Below, in pieces: positions 1 through 9,477 of a DNA stretch of 20,000 bases. Position numbers and translations under genes: made by a program. The notes beneath the pieces were generated by a model, which worked only from the letters and a program-made list of their open reading frames with translations, did no database searches and was not told the origin of the DNA. The stretch spans positions 991,979 to 1,011,978 of the forward strand of contig MU058815.1 in assembly GCA_013265495.1 (NCBI GenBank), written 5' to 3'. How positions within the stretch are numbered: position 1 is the stretch's first letter; each line of letters opens with the position of its first letter. Source of the DNA: Vicugna vicugna. Lineage: Eukaryota.

Positions 1-1039
1 TCACGATTAACACCTGCATTATTAGTTAATTAGAAAAAAAGTGATCAATTTCCAGATAACTTCTGAGAATGTGAACAGTGGAAAATTCTTGAGATAAAAC
101 TAAATTTTGATGGACATCCCTCAGTCTACCCTGCAAAATTCCTAAGTTACTTGTGCCCCCGACCGCAGTCCCCTTGTGCTGTTTCCATGTTGCAACCACC
201 TAGAGGCGTGTCCAGGCCAAGCCTTTCTTGTTTTCACTCCTCCCACACAACAGCACCATCAGAGCTCTGCACACCCAGGTGTGTCTGCGGATAACTCCGA
301 GCAAACTAATGCGATGATTTTAAGGTGTGCAAGGCTACAGTACGTGCCAACTCCGTCGCTACCTGAATTAAGCACTTCTGGAAATATGTAGGTCTCTACT
401 GAATTTGTCTAAATTAATACTAAAAAGTCTCCAGTAGCAGCATATAGGAAATGCAGATTACTTGAGCACGCATTGATAATGAAGTCCCTTATTTTGCTTC
501 TTTAGCAGGTGTTGAGTAAAAGTCTTTTTTCTTTTCTCCTGGCCCCAATTAAATACTTGTTTACATACTTCTTGTGGTTTCTGTTGTTGCTGTTTTATAT
601 ATCTACATCGAAGGGCTAACAACGGAGTAATCACTTGCAGATCAATAGGCAGACATGACCCCTCCATGCGGGAGTCCCTTACTGATCTGGGTGGTGTCCA
701 GGTTCCAGAACAGACCGTATGTTAGTTGGTAAGAGTTTGCTCCCTGACTCACTGGGTGCATTTGTTTAACGACTTTGGTAGTGGTTGATTCCAACGCTAC
801 TCTGTCTTCGCCTTGTTAGACAACCCGTAATAATTTACTCTCCTGGAGGCAGCTTTCTTATTCTTCTGGAAACATGCAACTTTAGTTCAGTGATCTATTT
901 GGCAGCAATTAACTATCATTAAGTTCTAAACCCTTTGGCACTGACTATAAATGCAATAAACTAGAGAGAGGCAAAGAAGGAGCATTTACTTCTTGCAATT
1001 TATAGATGTTGTACAATCAAGTTCTGGCAAGGTTAGTGT

Positions 1040-1140
1040 CTTATCCCTGAAGACTCGGAAAGATGAAATGATTTCCCAAGTCCCGCAGCTGCTGAGTGAC
1101 AGGCTACGAGCTTGAACTCAGAGGACCTGCCTGCCTCTTC
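1040..1140 (-). mobile_element. MIR SINE fragment
   Basis: gaagactcggaaagatgaaatgatttcccaagtcccgcagct...agtgacag...cttgaactcag resembles the reverse MIR core gaggctcagagaggttaagtgacttgcccaaggtcacacagct. Confidence 0.55.
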
Positions 1141-1777
1141 CTGCTCATTCCACTACCCAGATGCCTGATCAGAGAGGGGGCAGGCCAGCCTCCAGAAAAC
1201 CAAGTCATTTTATGAAGGCAGTGAAGGTGCACATTCCAACAAAATGGGGTATTTCAAAGGAAGAAAATACGAAACCAAAATAGGAATGTTCAAAAGTCGG
1301 GAAGATGTGAAAAATGAACTATTAGCAATTATGCTGTGTGAAAGAGCAGATGACACCAACATCACTCCCTAATTAATTATCCTGGACCCTAGCTGTATTC
1401 CGTCTATGAAAAATAATCACCTCCAGATAACTAAGCCATGTTGTTGTCAGCCATCCCTCCTGAGATAAAACAGAATTAAGATGTCACTGCCCTTCATGCT
1501 GGATGAGCACTGAGCATCCTGAGGGCCCAGCAAGGAGGCTTTTACTGCTCAGGGGCCCAGCTGAGTCTGGGAAGTCTGGGAACGAAACTTCAGATCATTC
1601 CCAGCATTGAGCAAAGGGCGACACATTGACCTTGCTCTTTGTTCCAAGGGAAGGTATCTCTGTCGTTTGCAGACTGGGACATGGGCACTATGGACACAGA
1701 TTCTCATGCCTCTGTGGCTGGTCACTGTGACCTGTGGGAACCACAGCCCAGGATGGCTGATGACCCTAATGACTCAC

Positions 1778-1975
1778 CGTGGCCAGTTGAAAGCCTTGAC
1801 TTCTTGCAGTGGAAAGTCAGCTCCTGTTCGCAGCGGTCTGCGTGGTCAGTTACGGCCTGGAGCTGGTCCATGCCGGCTGCGTACTTGAAAAACACTGGAT
1901 GGGGGCTTTCTCCATTCGATCCTTTGACTCTGACCAAGTGGGAGCCGTTATGCTGCACTGAGGTCCAGGCGGTGT
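1778..1975 (-). CDS. CNTNAP3: CNTNAP3-like internal exon, fibrinogen-like domain (probably exon 13)
   Basis: Polypyrimidine tract then cccacaag|ACACCGCCTGG...ACTGGCCACG|gtgagt; 198 bp, phase 1 to phase 1. Translates (D)TAWTSVQHNGSHLVRVKGSNGESPHPVFFKYAAGMDQLQAVTDHADRCEQELTFHCKKSRLSTGH, which has the CASPR-family WT..QH and CEQ...C..SRL motifs. Confidence 0.9.
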
Positions 1976-2866
1976 CTTGTGGGCAGAAACGGGGTTGGGA
2001 GGGAGAAAGGAGACTGTGATGAGGCTAATAATTAAAACATAAAGCTGAAAATCAAGAGCATATTTTATCTGAATTAAGGTTTTTATTTCTGTAGCCATCA
2101 GATCTCTTTGAAATTAGAATCAACAGGAGTGGAATTCTTAAAACGTTAGCAGTCAGAATTCTCTCCATTGAAATTTGCATTACCATTATTATAGTCAACA
2201 TTGTCAGGGGGCCGATGTTTTAAATTCTGTGTTATAAATAGAACTTTTTGGCCTTTAGTTTTTTTCTTTCCATTACTGTAAGGAGAAAGCCAAAACTTAT
2301 TGTGTATGTATTTATCTTTTTAATAAGCCGACTCCTCACCTAACTGAGCATCTTCTCTGATAATCAAAGAAATGTGCAAAAGACACATTTGAGGAACAAG
2401 CAGCTCACATGATCATGCAAAATTATAGAAAATAAGGATTTTTTTGACAAAAATTGACTAACAGTGCATCAGCACTTCATTCAGGGGCCAGCACCAAAAA
2501 CCACAGTGCCTCAGAGCATCTCTTCCTGACGGTAACCATAGTGACACGAATCTCTGCTGGGAGATTCTGGCATATTCCTGTTACATTGATTACCTTTACT
2601 TTTTAAAGAGATTTTTTTAAAAAGTACACACTCCACAATGTTTGCAACAGAACAAAAACGCCTTGACTTCTTTTATCTTCCGCCAAACTTACCTCCCACC
2701 ATGAAGGTATAAAAGCTCCCACAATATAAAAGGCCCACAGGTCAGTGGCTAAAAGGCTGAGTTCAAGTTGCCTTAATTCAATTATATTTATAACATCAAG
2801 TCACATAACTTCCTCTATAATATGTATTCGATCAAAAGATCCATCTACATGGAAACTTTCCATAAC

Positions 2867-3420
2867 TGTTAGGTGTTAGATAAGTGGGAGCACCAGGCAG
2901 CTAAGGTGGAGGAGAGGGAGGAGGGTCCAGAAGGTGGCGTTGTGCCCGCCTCCAGCATAAAGGGGCTTGACTTCCTCTAAATGAGTGCCACCAAGAAACC
3001 GGTTAGAACCCGACAGCCGTGACTGCACGGTAGGTAGTGAGGACCTAACTGGACATGACCCGGTGCGCGCTGTAATATAACTAGCATTGCGGCTTAAGTC
3101 CCTGCGTGAGTTTCTCTGTGTGCATCATGGGTAAGGCCATGCACAAAAGGGCACGAGCATGACTCAGCCCTCCAGAGGCAAGAGCTGTCAATCAATCAAG
3201 AGACCACCTCTAAGTGAGGGTGCAAGAGGAGAGGGAAGACAGAGCCCGCCATTTCCCTCCCGTGGATCAGCCTGTGCCCCCCTTCTTAGAAGTGCACCTT
3301 CTCTTTCCTAAATAAAACCTTTAAAATCTTTCCCTACACCATGTTCCGTCTCTCATCTGAATTTTTATCACTTGGTGTGACAAAGACTGGGGTCTCTTCC
3401 CTTCCCCTTGTGGGACAACA
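2867..3420 (+). mobile_element. ERV1-like solo LTR
   Basis: Starts tgttag and ends caaca (TG...CA), about 550 bp. AATAAA near 3311 is followed by a U5-like tract, ccgtctctcatctgaatttttatcacttggtgtgacaaagac. No clear TSD, so the boundaries are approximate. Confidence 0.7.
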
Positions 3421-4970
3421 GTATGAAGGGCAGGGAACAGCCATGTGGCGTTTATTTTTTTATCATTTTTAATAGCTAATATAAGAGCAAGTTTCAAAAA
3501 TCAAAACAATGTTACGAGGAACTCACTGAGGAGTCCCCACTGGTCCCTTCCTCTTTCCTGCCCTGGACAAAACATCTAACAGCCAAATGGGTTCTCGTGA
3601 ACCCCTAACACACCGAATAAACCCAGAGATTCAGGAAGAAGAACCTCCAGGCCATGGAAAAAACTCTGGCTTAAAGCCTATGGGAAAAAAAATCACAGAA
3701 TATGCAAAAACTAGCAAGAACAGGAACAAACCATGAGTTAGTGTGACTAATGAGGTTTATATTCAATTAGGAAAAAGGACTGAACAGATCATCTGCCTCT
3801 CTCTGCTCACTGAAGGGGGCTGTGAGTGTTCCCACGGCAACGTGAATTTCATAGATTGTTTTTCCCCCCCGAATCATGTTTTCTCTAGATACTTTATATT
3901 TCAACATTTTCCTGGAAAATTACGTAAGTGGGTCTGGCATGATTTTTTGTAATTATCTACTCCTGTTCACCCTCAGGGTTTCTTCCAGCAAATGAAATGA
4001 GGATAAAAGAAGCCACACAGAAGGGCTGTGTCAGGCTTGGGAGTTCATCAATTATAATGTCATTGTGTCATTTATTTTCACGGCTTACGGCGCTAAGAAA
4101 AACCATGTGTCTCAATAGTTCATATAGGCTCGTGGTCGGTACGATAGATTTATGGGCTTGCGTGGTTAAGGTGTAATAACAGGAGTCTTATCAAGTGGAG
4201 AGAAGGGAAAAGTTGAAAAGGACCTCAAAACTACCCTTCTGAAAAAAGAAATAAATTATTGCCCTTTCTAGAAATATTATTTCAAAGACCCCAACAAAGA
4301 CACATTATGGGTCCCTAATAGCCCACAATATATTATTTTCATAGTTTCAAAACTCTTAGCAGGAGGAAACCTTTGAAAAGCAGCATAACTTAGCTTTGCA
4401 GCACAAGGAGACAGACCAAGGGATTTCAGGCGCCAGCACGATGGGAAAATACTGAGCCGTTAGTCACTGTCATCTGAAGCACAAATTTAGATCTGAGGAC
4501 ATTAATTGTAACCGTGGACACACTTCAACAGGATTTTTGAACTACAGTTGAATTAGACCCCATCACAACATGCTCGGCCACCTCACTGGAACCTTCCCTC
4601 TGCCCACAAGCAAGCAGATTATACTGATGGCGCCTGGTTGACCACTTGCTGGGACAAATGAACCTGCAGCCAGTTAACTTGCAGGTTTGGTTTGGTTAAC
4701 AGGATACAGACAATGTCACTGACTTACCATATCACATGGCATTCCCCCAGTCTCCGTTTATTTTGCCAGATTGTATCCACTGTGTAACCAGCAACATTCC
4801 TGCACTTTGTATCAGACCTCTGAACTACACAGGGAGCCTTTCATAGCAGAACAGGTGGTTGAATGGAGAAAGAAACCCATCTTTATTTTACACATTCAGG
4901 GAAACATAAATGAGAAGCATGTCTGCTATGCTCATCTCCATCTCCCTGAGGAAAAAAGACTTCATCACAA

Positions 4971-5052
4971 GGGGAGGGAAATAGCTCAGTGGTAGAGCGT
5001 GTGCTTAGCATGCACGAGGTCCGGAGCTCGATCCCTAGCACTGCCATTAAAA
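4971..5052 (+). mobile_element. tRNA-Ala-derived SINE (camelid Vic-1 type)
   Basis: ggggagggaaatagctcagtggtagagcgtgtgcttagcatgcacgaggtcc...ccattaaaa. A box intact, B box degenerate, A tail. Flanking near-direct repeat aaaaaagacttca(tca)caa at 4952-4970 and 5053-5068. Confidence 0.9.
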
Positions 5053-5939
5053 AAAAAAGACTTCACAAAAAATCTAACGCCTTTATAGTTGGTGATTCCA
5101 TCACTCACGGTCTAGAAATTGACCTTGCGGAAAGTGAAGGTGAAAAACTCCCTTCTTTGATAGATGCCTGAAATGAACTCAAATTTGGGTCTAAACACCA
5201 CCTCTTTGAAATGAAGCCAGCTGCCTCCGTTTCTTCCGATGCACGTTCTGAGAAGACTGGGCAGGCAACATGCCAGATGGTTTAACTTGTCACATCGATC
5301 TCCAGAGAAATCACTGGTCAGGATGACGCGCTCATGATGATAAACAAGGGCTGATTGATGTAAACCCTGGCAGTTGCTCCCGGATCCACAAACATAGTCT
5401 GAACACACAGTACAGACCCCCGACAGCCTTCTCAGAGTTTCATCCACCGTGTTGCTCGCCTGTTACTATCCAGAGAGAAACACTGTTTCAGCTGGCTGCC
5501 CTCTGCTATCCAGCCCAACCCTCTGGCCACACAGATAAGGGAACAGAAGTCAAGAAAAACTCACTTGCCCAATTTCACAAAACTCTGTAACTTTGCCACA
5601 CATTCCTCAACGGTCCAGTGTGAGTCCCTGAGCTTTCTGAGCAGGCAAAGCCCTCAGAGGCAGCTGAGGTGTGTAACCTGCCCAGAGCGCCTTCCGCTTC
5701 TGAGCCCTCTCCTGTGTTTCTGGTTAAAAACTCCAGAAGGAAACAGCCCTAGATCGTGGGGACTCACGTGCAAACAGTGCTGGTAACAGCCAGCCGCGCT
5801 GCTCTCAGTGTCCAGTGGGTGCCCTGAGGAAGGCAATGGCCAGCTCTTACCTGGCCCTGCCCCAGGTCTCAGAGGCCCTGGGGTCATCCGTCTGCCGAAG
5901 CCAAGATGACTGGGTGTGTGTGTTTCACTGAAAGAGGAA

Positions 5940-6345
5940 TTTTTTTTTTTTTTGGTGGAGGAAAAAAAGTCTTTATTGATAAATAGGTTACAGTGAAATA
6001 GAGTGATGGTTTTTAGGGAAATGAAAAAGCAGAATCTCAGTCTTTCTCCACCCTGCCTTTATCTCTCGGCTTCTGCCTTCTCTCGGGCCACTGTGGATGC
6101 TGAAGACTTGGTGGGAACGCCAGGCCTTCCTGGGACCTTGGGGCCTATCTTCCTGGCCGGTGGTGTAGGCCCCGCCTTGGACCCACTGCCCTTGGGAGGA
6201 GCAGGGGCCTTGGCTTTAGGCCCCTCCCCGGCCCCCTGGGCAGCGGCCTCTTTAGGGACCTTGTTCCTCATCTTCATCTTGCCTGTGGAAGGAGCACCAT
6301 TTTCACCCTTGGTGACTGCGGGGTTTTGAACTCTGACTTCCAGCT
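5940..6345 (-). pseudogene. H1-8: 5'-truncated processed pseudogene (retrocopy) of oocyte-specific linker histone H1FOO/H1-8: C-terminal coding region, 3'UTR and poly(A)
   Basis: Minus strand encodes KGENGAPSTGKMKMRNKVPKEAAAQGAGEGPKAKAPAPPKGSGSKAGPTPPARKIGPKVPGRPGVPTKSSASTVAREKAEAER*. This matches the recalled H1FOO tail (NGA..KKK..GP..KA..P.KGSGSK..GP.K.G.P.K.S.S....AEA). Stop at 6061-6059, then a short UTR, AATAAA at 5977-5972, 18 nt, and A14 at 5953-5940. Upstream AGSQSSKP is shifted by one extra base in the run near 6320-6323. Confidence 0.85.
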
Positions 6346-6364
6346 CCCTCCCCCCGCCCCCCGC

Positions 6365-6408
6365 ATTTCTCATTTTTATTTATTTTATTTTATTTCTCAT
6401 TTTTATTT
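6365..6408. repeat. 17-bp perfect direct repeat around a 10-bp (ATTTT)2 spacer
   Basis: atttctcatttttattt at 6365-6381 and 6392-6408. Confidence 0.9.
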
Positions 6409-6476
6409 GACAGAAAAAAGTTGCTCTTGGTGTACAGATTTTAAAAAACCAAAATGCCTTTAAGAAACATGAAGAA

Positions 6477-6583
6477 GTAGGAGAGGGTATAGCTCAAATG
6501 GTAGAGCACGTGCCTAGCTTGCACGAGGTCCTGGGTTCAATCCCCAGCACCTCCATTAAAAAAAAACAACCAAAACCTAATAA
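6477..6583 (+). mobile_element. tRNA-Ala-derived SINE (camelid Vic-1 type)
   Basis: gagagggtatagctcaaatggtagagcacgtgcctagcttgcacgaggtcctgggttcaatccccagcacctccattaaaa. A box and B box (ggttcaatcc) intact. TSD taagaaacatgaagaa (6461-6476) versus taagaaacgcgaagaa (6584-6599). Confidence 0.92.
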
Positions 6584-7463
6584 TAAGAAACGCGAAGAAA
6601 AGGGGACGGGCAAGCTCTAAGCAGACAGCCTGCAGGCGCCGGGAGGGCCCAGAGGTGACGCTCAGCCTGGCCCCACTCCTGTGGGCACCTCCTGATCTGT
6701 GTCTGTTCGAGGGCTCCGAGAAGGGCAGCCCTCCTCCCCACAGCTCTGGGGCCTTGAGGCTTTTCATGATTTGCTCTAATATTTTTAACACGAGAAAACA
6801 CTGTAAGACACAACGTGGTGTCCTGAAGAGAGAGCAGCTCCCCGACCGCCGTCGCCCCCGGGGGTTCAGAGGGCGAGCGTTTCACCCACCAGGTCCCACC
6901 GAGTACAGGTCTGGGGACCCGCTCCTTCGGAAGGTTGGGCCCCTGCTATTTAACACGAACGGACACCGACTCAACACGACTCGCATCGTCTCAAGGCAGC
7001 ACGTGCGTGTGCTGGGCCCGTGCCTGGAGCCCCCCCAAGGGCGCAGTTACTGGGTAGAATCATTAGTGCCTCCCCTTGGGAGTCGGCCCAACCCAACGCA
7101 TGAAAGCAAAAATAATTTCCTCAGAGAGAACAAAATGCATACACTCATAAAATCAGATGTGGGCAGAGGACAGGGTCACGGTCAATACGAGAGACTGGTC
7201 ATAATCTGTGGTCTTGGAAAAGTCAAAAAAATCCTCTGGGCGTCCAGTGCCATGTTTGGTAAGTGGAGAGAGCACACAGGCTGCACCTAAAGACTGAACA
7301 TCATTGTTGTGGCCATGAACGCTGGGGCAATGAACTGAGCCTGCTGCTGGCCTAGACGCAATCTGATTGTCTCTCTCTCTGTCTATTTTTTTAACATTTA
7401 TTATTTGTTTTTATTTTGATAATAAATATTTCCTCTCTTTCAAATGTTGTGTAATTTTTCAAA

Positions 7464-7605
7464 AACAGCTTTGTTATGGTCTAATTCCTAGACAGTAAAC
7501 TACACATATTTCAGATGTACAATTTGATGGCTTTTGATAGACGTATATGCACCTATGACAACACCACCACAATCAAGATAGCTAACACTTCCCTCACTCC
7601 CCAAG
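7464..7605 (-). mobile_element. Old LINE-1 3' end (L1MB-like)
   Basis: aacagctttgttatggtctaattc...tttcagatgtacaatttgatggcttttga...accaccacaatcaagata, the typical reverse complement of an L1MB/L1M 3' terminus. Confidence 0.75.
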
Positions 7606-7608
7606 AGG

Positions 7609-7780
7609 TGCAAATCTCGAACTCCCAATTTACCCCTCCTCACCCCCGTTACCCCCTGTTCGCCGTAAGTTTGCTCTCTCTGTCTGTGAGTCTGTTTCTG
7701 TTTTGTAGATATGTTCATTTGTGGCCTTTTTTGAGATTCCACATATAAGTCAGAGCATGACCGTCTATATTTTTGTTGTT
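7609..7780 (-). mobile_element. LINE-1 3' region fragment, same family as the 9478-9800 element
   Basis: tgcaaatctcgaactcccaattta...gtctgtgagtctgtttctgttttgtagata...agattccacatataagt. It aligns as a reverse complement to 9481-9558. Confidence 0.85.
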
Positions 7781-8354
7781 CATCAGACCTCATTTTGTCC
7801 ATCCATAAGGCCAGGGCATACTCTGTGGCTGACAAAAAAAAAAGCAGGGAAATGAACTTTCCTGAAGCATTTGTCTCTCCTTTATAAGCTGCAGGCCGCT
7901 GGCCGGATTGATGCCCCCTCTATGGGGGCAGGAAGCATACTTTCCAGGCAAAAGCCAGGATAAAAGAGATGCAGGTTCCTGGTGTAGGGCAATCATCAAA
8001 GAGTAGCAGTTCTTCCCTTTTTTCATAGAAATCCTAACGTTTTGACATTACAGAATTTTCTGTAAGAAACACTATTACCAAACAAAACTTGCCACACTTG
8101 ATAAATGTCCAGTGACACCAGGCTTCCTGCCAGTCTCAGTTTTCAAGAGCAAAGCAGACAATAGTGAAATCACAACTCTTTTTAGAAAGAAAATATATGT
8201 TACAGCAGCTGCGCCATTTACTCACGGAAGAAACTCTCCAGTCGGCGCTCACCGCCCCTTTCTGACACATTGCCAACAAGCACTGCTATCTACTTAAAAT
8301 AACAAATGCAAAACTTACCACGTTCGTAACATTTTTCGGTAGTGGAATTAACAT

Positions 8355-8480
8355 CTGTCTACCTCCCTAGTCTGAAGGTCTGTGAGAACAGCGAGTTTCC
8401 CTTTTATTCCTCAAACGTAGCACAGTGCCTGGAAGTTTGAAATATAAAGTGCCTACAGTGATTGAATTAAATGGATAACT
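8355..8480 (+). mobile_element. LINE-2 3' end fragment
   Basis: tgtctacctccctagtctgaaggtctgtgagaacag...tagcacagtgcctgg...ttgaattaaatg. Confidence 0.6.
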
Positions 8481-8501
8481 TGAATTAAATGGACAACTTG
8501 A
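8462..8501. repeat. 18-bp tandem duplication
   Basis: ttgaattaaatggataac / ttgaattaaatggacaac / ttga. Confidence 0.9.
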
Positions 8502-9477
8502 TTATGCCAAGACAGGAATTCTAGCAAGAAGAGAGAGGCGAAAGAAAGAAAACCTATATAAATAAGCAAATATATAACACGTAGCACAATGGGTCCATCA
8601 GCACCCACCCTACAGAGGATTTTTAAAAAAATAACGTGAGGTGTGTGTAAGGCAGTTGGGCTGAACGCCCTTTGCTATGCCATGGAGCTGGAGGTCTGAC
8701 ACAATTTCTGACCCAGGAAAAGAAAGGCTGTTTAAGAAACACAGTTGATCGGCTGGCAGAAGAGCAGAAGAGCAAGTGATTCAGCGATAATAATGAATCA
8801 GAAGGGCTGGATTATTAATTTGTTGAGTCAGTAAGTCGAGATCGGAAGGCGGAGTGGGCAGACCCAGTCCCCAGATGCTTCGTCCAGCCCCCGGGTGAGT
8901 CTCACCAACTGGAAGTTGCATCACTGCTCTGACCACAAAGCATCCTCTTCCAGGGACAATTAACCTCACAATGCAACGTCTGAGAACCAGTTTCTGCAGC
9001 GACGCAACTAGGAAAATAGAAGAAAATGCCCTGGCTTGAGGGTGGGCACGAACTCTCTATCTCTCTCAGTGGGTAAACCCACTGGAGTTTATACTCCTCA
9101 CCTTGCCATCAACTAATTATGTTCTGTTTCTCCTGTTTACAAAGGAAATGAATCTGTCAATAAATTTCACAAGCAGTCCATTCAAAATAGTTCACTTTTT
9201 TGTCTAGTTTTTGTTGTTTCTGTACTAAAGGCATTAAATGCACGCAGAGTATGTCCTAGGACTGCATTTTTGAAAGTCATTGCCAAGGATATAATTTTGG
9301 CCATTGGTTTAGAATTTTGGGGTTTTGCATATTTTTTCAAGTGTTAGTATTTGTTTTTAATAATTAGAGAATGTTTCATTGTCCACAGGCATTGTAGCAT
9401 CACAGAGAAGGCAAAATTTTCATACAAAAATATTTCTAGGTTGGGGGAACTGGATCAGGACCCTAAGAGCTTCCTCT

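Noticed and set aside
458..720. 69-aa minus-strand ORF and a faint LTR-like motif (ctgatctgggtggtg)
   Set aside because: Too short and too weak to assign without a search, and it has no CASPR-like content.
1607..2019. Plus-strand ORFs over the 198-bp exon
   Set aside because: They are antisense shadows of the CNTNAP exon.
6003..6329. 108-aa plus-strand hydrophobic ORF
   Set aside because: It is the antisense shadow of the H1FOO retrocopy coding region.
6655..7290. 211-aa plus-strand ORF
   Set aside because: It has a GTG start and no recognisable domain, and is explained by stop-codon scarcity in GC-rich sequence.
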